From Naegleria gruberi (Eukaryota), in the NCBI GenBank assembly GCA_000004985.1, contig GG738866.1: 64,000 nucleotides of DNA; one strand, 5' to 3'. Below the pieces are notes generated by a model. The model was not told the DNA's origin, ran no database searches, and worked only from the letters and a program-made list of their open reading frames with translations. Made by a program: the position numbers and the translations under genes. The first letter of the stretch is position 1, and every line of letters starts with the position of its first letter. This document shows positions 20,001-32,000 of this stretch, piece after piece.

Positions 20001-23000
20001 NNNNNNNNNNNNNNNNNNNNNNNNNNNNNNNNNNNNNNNNNNNNNNNNNNNNNNNNNNNNNNNNNNNNNNNNNNNNNNNNNNNNNNNNNNNNNNNNNNNN
20101 NNNNNNNNNNNNNNNNNNNNNNNNNNNNNNNNNNNNNNNNNNNNNNNNNNNNNNNNNNNNNNNNNNNNNNNNNNNNNNNNNNNNNNNNNNNNNNNNNNNN
20201 NNNNNNNNNNNNNNNNNNNNNNNNNNNNNNNNNNNNNNNNNNNNNNNNNNNNNNNNNNNNNNNNNNNNNNNNNNNNNNNNNNNNNNNNNNNNNNNNNNNN
20301 NNNNNNNNNNNNNNNNNNNNNNNNNNNNNNNNNNNNNNNNNNNNNNNNNNNNNNNNNNNNNNNNNNNNNNNNNNNNNNNNNNNNNNNNNNNNNNNNNNNN
20401 NNNNNNNNNNNNNNNNNNNNNNNNNNNNNNNNNNNNNNNNNNNNNNNNNNNNNNNNNNNNNNNNNNNNNNNNNNNNNNNNNNNNNNNNNNNNNNNNNNNN
20501 NNNNNNNNNNNNNNNNNNNNNNNNNNNNNNNNNNNNNNNNNNNNNNNNNNNNNNNNNNNNNNNNNNNNNNNNNNNNNNNNNNNNNNNNNNNNNNNNNNNN
20601 NNNNNNNNNNNNNNNNNNNNNNNNNNNNNNNNNNNNNNNNNNNNNNNNNNNNNNNNNNNNNNNNNNNNNNNNNNNNNNNNNNNNNNNNNNNNNNNNNNNN
20701 NNNNNNNNNNNNNNNNNNNNNNNNNNNNNNNNNNNNNNNNNNNNNNNNNNNNNNNNNNNNNNNNNNNNNNNNNNNNNNNNNNNNNNNNNNNNNNNNNNNN
20801 NNNNNNNNNNNNNNNNNNNNNNNNNNNNNNNNNNNNNNNNNNNNNNNNNNNNNNNNNNNNNNNNNNNNNNNNNNNNNNNNNNNNNNNNNNNNNNNNNNNN
20901 NNNNNNNNNNNNNNNNNNNNNNNNNNNNNNNNNNNNNNNNNNNNNNNNNNNNNNNNNNNNNNNNNNNNNNNNNNNNNNNNNNNNNNNNNNNNNNNNNNNN
21001 NNNNNNNNNNNNNNNNNNNNNNNNNNNNNNNNNNNNNNNNNNNNNNNNNNNNNNNNNNNNNNNNNNNNNNNNNNNNNNNNNNNNNNNNNNNNNNNNNNNN
21101 NNNNNNNNNNNNNNNNNNNNNNNNNNNNNNNNNNNNNNNNNNNNNNNNNNNNNNNNNNNNNNNNNNNNNNNNNNNNNNNNNNNNNNNNNNNNNNNNNNNN
21201 NNNNNNNNNNNNNNNNNNNNNNNNNNNNNNNNNNNNNNNNNNNNNNNNNNNNNNNNNNNNNNNNNNNNNNNNNNNNNNNNNNNNNNNNNNNNNNNNNNNN
21301 NNNNNNNNNNNNNNNNNNNNNNNNNNNNNNNNNNNNNNNNNNNNNNNNNNNNNNNNNNNNNNNNNNNNNNNNNNNNNNNNNNNNNNNNNNNNNNNNNNNN
21401 NNNNNNNNNNNNNNNNNNNNNNNNNNNNNNNNNNNNNNNNNNNNNNNNNNNNNNNNNNNNNNNNNNNNNNNNNNNNNNNNNNNNNNNNNNNNNNNNNNNN
21501 NNNNNNNNNNNNNNNNNNNNNNNNNNNNNNNNNNNNNNNNNNNNNNNNNNNNNNNNNNNNNNNNNNNNNNNNNNNNNNNNNNNNNNNNNNNNNNNNNNNN
21601 NNNNNNNNNNNNNNNNNNNNNNNNNNNNNNNNNNNNNNNNNNNNNNNNNNNNNNNNNNNNNNNNNNNNNNNNNNNNNNNNNNNNNNNNNNNNNNNNNNNN
21701 NNNNNNNNNNNNNNNNNNNNNNNNNNNNNNNNNNNNNNNNNNNNNNNNNNNNNNNNNNNNNNNNNNNNNNNNNNNNNNNNNNNNNNNNNNNNNNNNNNNN
21801 NNNNNNNNNNNNNNNNNNNNNNNNNNNNNNNNNNNNNNNNNNNNNNNNNNNNNNNNNNNNNNNNNNNNNNNNNNNNNNNNNNNNNNNNNNNNNNNNNNNN
21901 NNNNNNNNNNNNNNNNNNNNNNNNNNNNNNNNNNNNNNNNNNNNNNNNNNNNNNNNNNNNNNNNNNNNNNNNNNNNNNNNNNNNNNNNNNNNNNNNNNNN
22001 NNNNNNNNNNNNNNNNNNNNNNNNNNNNNNNNNNNNNNNNNNNNNNNNNNNNNNNNNNNNNNNNNNNNNNNNNNNNNNNNNNNNNNNNNNNNNNNNNNNN
22101 NNNNNNNNNNNNNNNNNNNNNNNNNNNNNNNNNNNNNNNNNNNNNNNNNNNNNNNNNNNNNNNNNNNNNNNNNNNNNNNNNNNNNNNNNNNNNNNNNNNN
22201 NNNNNNNNNNNNNNNNNNNNNNNNNNNNNNNNNNNNNNNNNNNNNNNNNNNNNNNNNNNNNNNNNNNNNNNNNNNNNNNNNNNNNNNNNNNNNNNNNNNN
22301 NNNNNNNNNNNNNNNNNNNNNNNNNNNNNNNNNNNNNNNNNNNNNNNNNNNNNNNNNNNNNNNNNNNNNNNNNNNNNNNNNNNNNNNNNNNNNNNNNNNN
22401 NNNNNNNNNNNNNNNNNNNNNNNNNNNNNNNNNNNNNNNNNNNNNNNNNNNNNNNNNNNNNNNNNNNNNNNNNNNNNNNNNNNNNNNNNNNNNNNNNNNN
22501 NNNNNNNNNNNNNNNNNNNNNNNNNNNNNNNNNNNNNNNNNNNNNNNNNNNNNNNNNNNNNNNNNNNNNNNNNNNNNNNNNNNNNNNNNNNNNNNNNNNN
22601 NNNNNNNNNNNNNNNNNNNNNNNNNNNNNNNNNNNNNNNNNNNNNNNNNNNNNNNNNNNNNNNNNNNNNNNNNNNNNNNNNNNNNNNNNNNNNNNNNNNN
22701 NNNNNNNNNNNNNNNNNNNNNNNNNNNNNNNNNNNNNNNNNNNNNNNNNNNNNNNNNNNNNNNNNNNNNNNNNNNNNNNNNNNNNNNNNNNNNNNNNNNN
22801 NNNNNNNNNNNNNNNNNNNNNNNNNNNNNNNNNNNNNNNNNNNNNNNNNNNNNNNNNNNNNNNNNNNNNNNNNNNNNNNNNNNNNNNNNNNNNNNNNNNN
22901 NNNNNNNNNNNNNNNNNNNNNNNNNNNNNNNNNNNNNNNNNNNNNNNNNNNNNNNNNNNNNNNNNNNNNNNNNNNNNNNNNNNNNNNNNNNNNNNNNNNN

Positions 23001-26000
23001 NNNNNNNNNNNNNNNNNNNNNNNNNNNNNNNNNNNNNNNNNNNNNNNNNNNNNNNNNNNNNNNNNNNNNNNNNNNNNNNNNNNNNNNNNNNNNNNNNNNN
23101 NNNNNNNNNNNNNNNNNNNNNNNNNNNNNNNNNNNNNNNNNNNNNNNNNNNNNNNNNNNNNNNNNNNNNNNNNNNNNNNNNNNNNNNNNNNNNNNNNNNN
23201 NNNNNNNNNNNNNNNNNNNNNNNNNNNNNNNNNNNNNNNNNNNNNNNNNNNNNNNNNNNNNNNNNNNNNNNNNNNNNNNNNNNNNNNNNNNNNNNNNNNN
23301 NNNNNNNNNNNNNNNNNNNNNNNNNNNNNNNNNNNNNNNNNNNNNNNNNNNNNNNNNNNNNNNNNNNNNNNNNNNNNNNNNNNNNNNNNNNNNNNNNNNN
23401 NNNNNNNNNNNNNNNNNNNNNNNNNNNNNNNNNNNNNNNNNNNNNNNNNNNNNNNNNNNNNNNNNNNNNNNNNNNNNNNNNNNNNNNNNNNNNNNNNNNN
23501 NNNNNNNNNNNNNNNNNNNNNNNNNNNNNNNNNNNNNNNNNNNNNNNNNNNNNNNNNNNNNNNNNNNNNNNNNNNNNNNNNNNNNNNNNNNNNNNNNNNN
23601 NNNNNNNNNNNNNNNNNNNNNNNNNNNNNNNNNNNNNNNNNNNNNNNNNNNNNNNNNNNNNNNNNNNNNNNNNNNNNNNNNNNNNNNNNNNNNNNNNNNN
23701 NNNNNNNNNNNNNNNNNNNNNNNNNNNNNNNNNNNNNNNNNNNNNNNNNNNNNNNNNNNNNNNNNNNNNNNNNNNNNNNNNNNNNNNNNNNNNNNNNNNN
23801 NNNNNNNNNNNNNNNNNNNNNNNNNNNNNNNNNNNNNNNNNNNNNNNNNNNNNNNNNNNNNNNNNNNNNNNNNNNNNNNNNNNNNNNNNNNNNNNNNNNN
23901 NNNNNNNNNNNNNNNNNNNNNNNNNNNNNNNNNNNNNNNNNNNNNNNNNNNNNNNNNNNNNNNNNNNNNNNNNNNNNNNNNNNNNNNNNNNNNNNNNNNN
24001 NNNNNNNNNNNNNNNNNNNNNNNNNNNNNNNNNNNNNNNNNNNNNNNNNNNNNNNNNNNNNNNNNNNNNNNNNNNNNNNNNNNNNNNNNNNNNNNNNNNN
24101 NNNNNNNNNNNNNNNNNNNNNNNNNNNNNNNNNNNNNNNNNNNNNNNNNNNNNNNNNNNNNNNNNNNNNNNNNNNNNNNNNNNNNNNNNNNNNNNNNNNN
24201 NNNNNNNNNNNNNNNNNNNNNNNNNNNNNNNNNNNNNNNNNNNNNNNNNNNNNNNNNNNNNNNNNNNNNNNNNNNNNNNNNNNNNNNNNNNNNNNNNNNN
24301 NNNNNNNNNNNNNNNNNNNNNNNNNNNNNNNNNNNNNNNNNNNNNNNNNNNNNNNNNNNNNNNNNNNNNNNNNNNNNNNNNNNNNNNNNNNNNNNNNNNN
24401 NNNNNNNNNNNNNNNNNNNNNNNNNNNNNNNNNNNNNNNNNNNNNNNNNNNNNNNNNNNNNNNNNNNNNNNNNNNNNNNNNNNNNNNNNNNNNNNNNNNN
24501 NNNNNNNNNNNNNNNNNNNNNNNNNNNNNNNNNNNNNNNNNNNNNNNNNNNNNNNNNNNNNNNNNNNNNNNNNNNNNNNNNNNNNNNNNNNNNNNNNNNN
24601 NNNNNNNNNNNNNNNNNNNNNNNNNNNNNNNNNNNNNNNNNNNNNNNNNNNNNNNNNNNNNNNNNNNNNNNNNNNNNNNNNNNNNNNNNNNNNNNNNNNN
24701 NNNNNNNNNNNNNNNNNNNNNNNNNNNNNNNNNNNNNNNNNNNNNNNNNNNNNNNNNNNNNNNNNNNNNNNNNNNNNNNNNNNNNNNNNNNNNNNNNNNN
24801 NNNNNNNNNNNNNNNNNNNNNNNNNNNNNNNNNNNNNNNNNNNNNNNNNNNNNNNNNNNNNNNNNNNNNNNNNNNNNNNNNNNNNNNNNNNNNNNNNNNN
24901 NNNNNNNNNNNNNNNNNNNNNNNNNNNNNNNNNNNNNNNNNNNNNNNNNNNNNNNNNNNNNNNNNNNNNNNNNNNNNNNNNNNNNNNNNNNNNNNNNNNN
25001 NNNNNNNNNNNNNNNNNNNNNNNNNNNNNNNNNNNNNNNNNNNNNNNNNNNNNNNNNNNNNNNNNNNNNNNNNNNNNNNNNNNNNNNNNNNNNNNNNNNN
25101 NNNNNNNNNNNNNNNNNNNNNNNNNNNNNNNNNNNNNNNNNNNNNNNNNNNNNNNNNNNNNNNNNNNNNNNNNNNNNNNNNNNNNNNNNNNNNNNNNNNN
25201 NNNNNNNNNNNNNNNNNNNNNNNNNNNNNNNNNNNNNNNNNNNNNNNNNNNNNNNNNNNNNNNNNNNNNNNNNNNNNNNNNNNNNNNNNNNNNNNNNNNN
25301 NNNNNNNNNNNNNNNNNNNNNNNNNNNNNNNNNNNNNNNNNNNNNNNNNNNNNNNNNNNNNNNNNNNNNNNNNNNNNNNNNNNNNNNNNNNNNNNNNNNN
25401 NNNNNNNNNNNNNNNNNNNNNNNNNNNNNNNNNNNNNNNNNNNNNNNNNNNNNNNNNNNNNNNNNNNNNNNNNNNNNNNNNNNNNNNNNNNNNNNNNNNN
25501 NNNNNNNNNNNNNNNNNNNNNNNNNNNNNNNNNNNNNNNNNNNNNNNNNNNNNNNNNNNNNNNNNNNNNNNNNNNNNNNNNNNNNNNNNNNNNNNNNNNN
25601 NNNNNNNNNNNNNNNNNNNNNNNNNNNNNNNNNNNNNNNNNNNNNNNNNNNNNNNNNNNNNNNNNNNNNNNNNNNNNNNNNNNNNNNNNNNNNNNNNNNN
25701 NNNNNNNNNNNNNNNNNNNNNNNNNNNNNNNNNNNNNNNNNNNNNNNNNNNNNNNNNNNNNNNNNNNNNNNNNNNNNNNNNNNNNNNNNNNNNNNNNNNN
25801 NNNNNNNNNNNNNNNNNNNNNNNNNNNNNNNNNNNNNNNNNNNNNNNNNNNNNNNNNNNNNNNNNNNNNNNNNNNNNNNNNNNNNNNNNNNNNNNNNNNN
25901 NNNNNNNNNNNNNNNNNNNNNNNNNNNNNNNNNNNNNNNNNNNNNNNNNNNNNNNNNNNNNNNNNNNNNNNNNNNNNNNNNNNNNNNNNNNNNNNNNNNN

Positions 26001-29000
26001 NNNNNNNNNNNNNNNNNNNNNNNNNNNNNNNNNNNNNNNNNNNNNNNNNNNNNNNNNNNNNNNNNNNNNNNNNNNNNNNNNNNNNNNNNNNNNNNNNNNN
26101 NNNNNNNNNNNNNNNNNNNNNNNNNNNNNNNNNNNNNNNNNNNNNNNNNNNNNNNNNNNNNNNNNNNNNNNNNNNNNNNNNNNNNNNNNNNNNNNNNNNN
26201 NNNNNNNNNNNNNNNNNNNNNNNNNNNNNNNNNNNNNNNNNNNNNNNNNNNNNNNNNNNNNNNNNNNNNNNNNNNNNNNNNNNNNNNNNNNNNNNNNNNN
26301 NNNNNNNNNNNNNNNNNNNNNNNNNNNNNNNNNNNNNNNNNNNNNNNNNNNNNNNNNNNNNNNNNNNNNNNNNNNNNNNNNNNNNNNNNNNNNNNNNNNN
26401 NNNNNNNNNNNNNNNNNNNNNNNNNNNNNNNNNNNNNNNNNNNNNNNNNNNNNNNNNNNNNNNNNNNNNNNNNNNNNNNNNNNNNNNNNNNNNNNNNNNN
26501 NNNNNNNNNNNNNNNNNNNNNNNNNNNNNNNNNNNNNNNNNNNNNNNNNNNNNNNNNNNNNNNNNNNNNNNNNNNNNNNNNNNNNNNNNNNNNNNNNNNN
26601 NNNNNNNNNNNNNNNNNNNNNNNNNNNNNNNNNNNNNNNNNNNNNNNNNNNNNNNNNNNNNNNNNNNNNNNNNNNNNNNNNNNNNNNNNNNNNNNNNNNN
26701 NNNNNNNNNNNNNNNNNNNNNNNNNNNNNNNNNNNNNNNNNNNNNNNNNNNNNNNNNNNNNNNNNNNNNNNNNNNNNNNNNNNNNNNNNNNNNNNNNNNN
26801 NNNNNNNNNNNNNNNNNNNNNNNNNNNNNNNNNNNNNNNNNNNNNNNNNNNNNNNNNNNNNNNNNNNNNNNNNNNNNNNNNNNNNNNNNNNNNNNNNNNN
26901 NNNNNNNNNNNNNNNNNNNNNNNNNNNNNNNNNNNNNNNNNNNNNNNNNNNNNNNNNNNNNNNNNNNNNNNNNNNNNNNNNNNNNNNNNNNNNNNNNNNN
27001 NNNNNNNNNNNNNNNNNNNNNNNNNNNNNNNNNNNNNNNNNNNNNNNNNNNNNNNNNNNNNNNNNNNNNNNNNNNNNNNNNNNNNNNNNNNNNNNNNNNN
27101 NNNNNNNNNNNNNNNNNNNNNNNNNNNNNNNNNNNNNNNNNNNNNNNNNNNNNNNNNNNNNNNNNNNNNNNNNNNNNNNNNNNNNNNNNNNNNNNNNNNN
27201 NNNNNNNNNNNNNNNNNNNNNNNNNNNNNNNNNNNNNNNNNNNNNNNNNNNNNNNNNNNNNNNNNNNNNNNNNNNNNNNNNNNNNNNNNNNNNNNNNNNN
27301 NNNNNNNNNNNNNNNNNNNNNNNNNNNNNNNNNNNNNNNNNNNNNNNNNNNNNNNNNNNNNNNNNNNNNNNNNNNNNNNNNNNNNNNNNNNNNNNNNNNN
27401 NNNNNNNNNNNNNNNNNNNNNNNNNNNNNNNNNNNNNNNNNNNNNNNNNNNNNNNNNNNNNNNNNNNNNNNNNNNNNNNNNNNNNNNNNNNNNNNNNNNN
27501 NNNNNNNNNNNNNNNNNNNNNNNNNNNNNNNNNNNNNNNNNNNNNNNNNNNNNNNNNNNNNNNNNNNNNNNNNNNNNNNNNNNNNNNNNNNNNNNNNNNN
27601 NNNNNNNNNNNNNNNNNNNNNNNNNNNNNNNNNNNNNNNNNNNNNNNNNNNNNNNNNNNNNNNNNNNNNNNNNNNNNNNNNNNNNNNNNNNNNNNNNNNN
27701 NNNNNNNNNNNNNNNNNNNNNNNNNNNNNNNNNNNNNNNNNNNNNNNNNNNNNNNNNNNNNNNNNNNNNNNNNNNNNNNNNNNNNNNNNNNNNNNNNNNN
27801 NNNNNNNNNNNNNNNNNNNNNNNNNNNNNNNNNNNNNNNNNNNNNNNNNNNNNNNNNNNNNNNNNNNNNNNNNNNNNNNNNNNNNNNNNNNNNNNNNNNN
27901 NNNNNNNNNNNNNNNNNNNNNNNNNNNNNNNNNNNNNNNNNNNNNNNNNNNNNNNNNNNNNNNNNNNNNNNNNNNNNNNNNNNNNNNNNNNNNNNNNNNN
28001 NNNNNNNNNNNNNNNNNNNNNNNNNNNNNNNNNNNNNNNNNNNNNNNNNNNNNNNNNNNNNNNNNNNNNNNNNNNNNNNNNNNNNNNNNNNNNNNNNNNN
28101 NNNNNNNNNNNNNNNNNNNNNNNNNNNNNNNNNNNNNNNNNNNNNNNNNNNNNNNNNNNNNNNNNNNNNNNNNNNNNNNNNNNNNNNNNNNNNNNNNNNN
28201 NNNNNNNNNNNNNNNNNNNNNNNNNNNNNNNNNNNNNNNNNNNNNNNNNNNNNNNNNNNNNNNNNNNNNNNNNNNNNNNNNNNNNNNNNNNNNNNNNNNN
28301 NNNNNNNNNNNNNNNNNNNNNNNNNNNNNNNNNNNNNNNNNNNNNNNNNNNNNNNNNNNNNNNNNNNNNNNNNNNNNNNNNNNNNNNNNNNNNNNNNNNN
28401 NNNNNNNNNNNNNNNNNNNNNNNNNNNNNNNNNNNNNNNNNNNNNNNNNNNNNNNNNNNNNNNNNNNNNNNNNNNNNNNNNNNNNNNNNNNNNNNNNNNN
28501 NNNNNNNNNNNNNNNNNNNNNNNNNNNNNNNNNNNNNNNNNNNNNNNNNNNNNNNNNNNNNNNNNNNNNNNNNNNNNNNNNNNNNNNNNNNNNNNNNNNN
28601 NNNNNNNNNNNNNNNNNNNNNNNNNNNNNNNNNNNNNNNNNNNNNNNNNNNNNNNNNNNNNNNNNNNNNNNNNNNNNNNNNNNNNNNNNNNNNNNNNNNN
28701 NNNNNNNNNNNNNNNNNNNNNNNNNNNNNNNNNNNNNNNNNNNNNNNNNNNNNNNNNNNNNNNNNNNNNNNNNNNNNNNNNNNNNNNNNNNNNNNNNNNN
28801 NNNNNNNNNNNNNNNNNNNNNNNNNNNNNNNNNNNNNNNNNNNNNNNNNNNNNNNNNNNNNNNNNNNNNNNNNNNNNNNNNNNNNNNNNNNNNNNNNNNN
28901 NNNNNNNNNNNNNNNNNNNNNNNNNNNNNNNNNNNNNNNNNNNNNNNNNNNNNNNNNNNNNNNNNNNNNNNNNNNNNNNNNNNNNNNNNNNNNNNNNNNN

Positions 29001-32000
29001 NNNNNNNNNNNNNNNNNNNNNNNNNNNNNNNNNNNNNNNNNNNNNNNNNNNNNNNNNNNNNNNNNNNNNNNNNNNNNNNNNNNNNNNNNNNNNNNNNNNN
29101 NNNNNNNNNNNNNNNNNNNNNNNNNNNNNNNNNNNNNNNNNNNNNNNNNNNNNNNNNNNNNNNNNNNNNNNNNNNNNNNNNNNNNNNNNNNNNNNNNNNN
29201 NNNNNNNNNNNNNNNNNNNNNNNNNNNNNNNNNNNNNNNNNNNNNNNNNNNNNNNNNNNNNNNNNNNNNNNNNNNNNNNNNNNNNNNNNNNNNNNNNNNN
29301 NNNNNNNNNNNNNNNNNNNNNNNNNNNNNNNNNNNNNNNNNNNNNNNNNNNNNNNNNNNNNNNNNNNNNNNNNNNNNNNNNNNNNNNNNNNNNNNNNNNN
29401 NNNNNNNNNNNNNNNNNNNNNNNNNNNNNNNNNNNNNNNNNNNNNNNNNNNNNNNNNNNNNNNNNNNNNNNNNNNNNNNNNNNNNNNNNNNNNNNNNNNN
29501 NNNNNNNNNNNNNNNNNNNNNNNNNNNNNNNNNNNNNNNNNNNNNNNNNNNNNNNNNNNNNNNNNNNNNNNNNNNNNNNNNNNNNNNNNNNNNNNNNNNN
29601 NNNNNNNNNNNNNNNNNNNNNNNNNNNNNNNNNNNNNNNNNNNNNNNNNNNNNNNNNNNNNNNNNNNNNNNNNNNNNNNNNNNNNNNNNNNNNNNNNNNN
29701 NNNNNNNNNNNNNNNNNNNNNNNNNNNNNNNNNNNNNNNNNNNNNNNNNNNNNNNNNNNNNNNNNNNNNNNNNNNNNNNNNNNNNNNNNNNNNNNNNNNN
29801 NNNNNNNNNNNNNNNNNNNNNNNNNNNNNNNNNNNNNNNNNNNNNNNNNNNNNNNNNNNNNNNNNNNNNNNNNNNNNNNNNNNNNNNNNNNNNNNNNNNN
29901 NNNNNNNNNNNNNNNNNNNNNNNNNNNNNNNNNNNNNNNNNNNNNNNNNNNNNNNNNNNNNNNNNNNNNNNNNNNNNNNNNNNNNNNNNNNNNNNNNNNN
30001 NNNNNNNNNNNNNNNNNNNNNNNNNNNNNNNNNNNNNNNNNNNNNNNNNNNNNNNNNNNNNNNNNNNNNNNNNNNNNNNNNNNNNNNNNNNNNNNNNNNN
30101 NNNNNNNNNNNNNNNNNNNNNNNNNNNNNNNNNNNNNNNNNNNNNNNNNNNNNNNNNNNNNNNNNNNNNNNNNNNNNNNNNNNNNNNNNNNNNNNNNNNN
30201 NNNNNNNNNNNNNNNNNNNNNNNNNNNNNNNNNNNNNNNNNNNNNNNNNNNNNNNNNNNNNNNNNNNNNNNNNNNNNNNNNNNNNNNNNNNNNNNNNNNN
30301 NNNNNNNNNNNNNNNNNNNNNNNNNNNNNNNNNNNNNNNNNNNNNNNNNNNNNNNNNNNNNNNNNNNNNNNNNNNNNNNNNNNNNNNNNNNNNNNNNNNN
30401 NNNNNNNNNNNNNNNNNNNNNNNNNNNNNNNNNNNNNNNNNNNNNNNNNNNNNNNNNNNNNNNNNNNNNNNNNNNNNNNNNNNNNNNNNNNNNNNNNNNN
30501 NNNNNNNNNNNNNNNNNNNNNNNNNNNNNNNNNNNNNNNNNNNNNNNNNNNNNNNNNNNNNNNNNNNNNNNNNNNNNNNNNNNNNNNNNNNNNNNNNNNN
30601 NNNNNNNNNNNNNNNNNNNNNNNNNNNNNNNNNNNNNNNNNNNNNNNNNNNNNNNNNNNNNNNNNNNNNNNNNNNNNNNNNNNNNNNNNNNNNNNNNNNN
30701 NNNNNNNNNNNNNNNNNNNNNNNNNNNNNNNNNNNNNNNNNNNNNNNNNNNNNNNNNNNNNNNNNNNNNNNNNNNNNNNNNNNNNNNNNNNNNNNNNNNN
30801 NNNNNNNNNNNNNNNNNNNNNNNNNNNNNNNNNNNNNNNNNNNNNNNNNNNNNNNNNNNNNNNNNNNNNNNNNNNNNNNNNNNNNNNNNNNNNNNNNNNN
30901 NNNNNNNNNNNNNNNNNNNNNNNNNNNNNNNNNNNNNNNNNNNNNNNNNNNNNNNNNNNNNNNNNNNNNNNNNNNNNNNNNNNNNNNNNNNNNNNNNNNN
31001 NNNNNNNNNNNNNNNNNNNNNNNNNNNNNNNNNNNNNNNNNNNNNNNNNNNNNNNNNNNNNNNNNNNNNNNNNNNNNNNNNNNNNNNNNNNNNNNNNNNN
31101 NNNNNNNNNNNNNNNNNNNNNNNNNNNNNNNNNNNNNNNNNNNNNNNNNNNNNNNNNNNNNNNNNNNNNNNNNNNNNNNNNNNNNNNNNNNNNNNNNNNN
31201 NNNNNNNNNNNNNNNNNNNNNNNNNNNNNNNNNNNNNNNNNNNNNNNNNNNNNNNNNNNNNNNNNNNNNNNNNNNNNNNNNNNNNNNNNNNNNNNNNNNN
31301 NNNNNNNNNNNNNNNNNNNNNNNNNNNNNNNNNNNNNNNNNNNNNNNNNNNNNNNNNNNNNNNNNNNNNNNNNNNNNNNNNNNNNNNNNNNNNNNNNNNN
31401 NNNNNNNNNNNNNNNNNNNNNNNNNNNNNNNNNNNNNNNNNNNNNNNNNNNNNNNNNNNNNNNNNNNNNNNNNNNNNNNNNNNNNNNNNNNNNNNNNNNN
31501 NNNNNNNNNNNNNNNNNNNNNNNNNNNNNNNNNNNNNNNNNNNNNNNNNNNNNNNNNNNNNNNNNNNNNNNNNNNNNNNNNNNNNNNNNNNNNNNNNNNN
31601 NNNNNNNNNNNNNNNNNNNNNNNNNNNNNNNNNNNNNNNNNNNNNNNNNNNNNNNNNNNNNNNNNNNNNNNNNNNNNNNNNNNNNNNNNNNNNNNNNNNN
31701 NNNNNNNNNNNNNNNNNNNNNNNNNNNNNNNNNNNNNNNNNNNNNNNNNNNNNNNNNNNNNNNNNNNNNNNNNNNNNNNNNNNNNNNNNNNNNNNNNNNN
31801 NNNNNNNNNNNNNNNNNNNNNNNNNNNNNNNNNNNNNNNNNNNNNNNNNNNNNNNNNNNNNNNNNNNNNNNNNNNNNNNNNNNNNNNNNNNNNNNNNNNN
31901 NNNNNNNNNNNNNNNNNNNNNNNNNNNNNNNNNNNNNNNNNNNNNNNNNNNNNNNNNNNNNNNNNNNNNNNNNNNNNNNNNNNNNNNNNNNNNNNNNNNN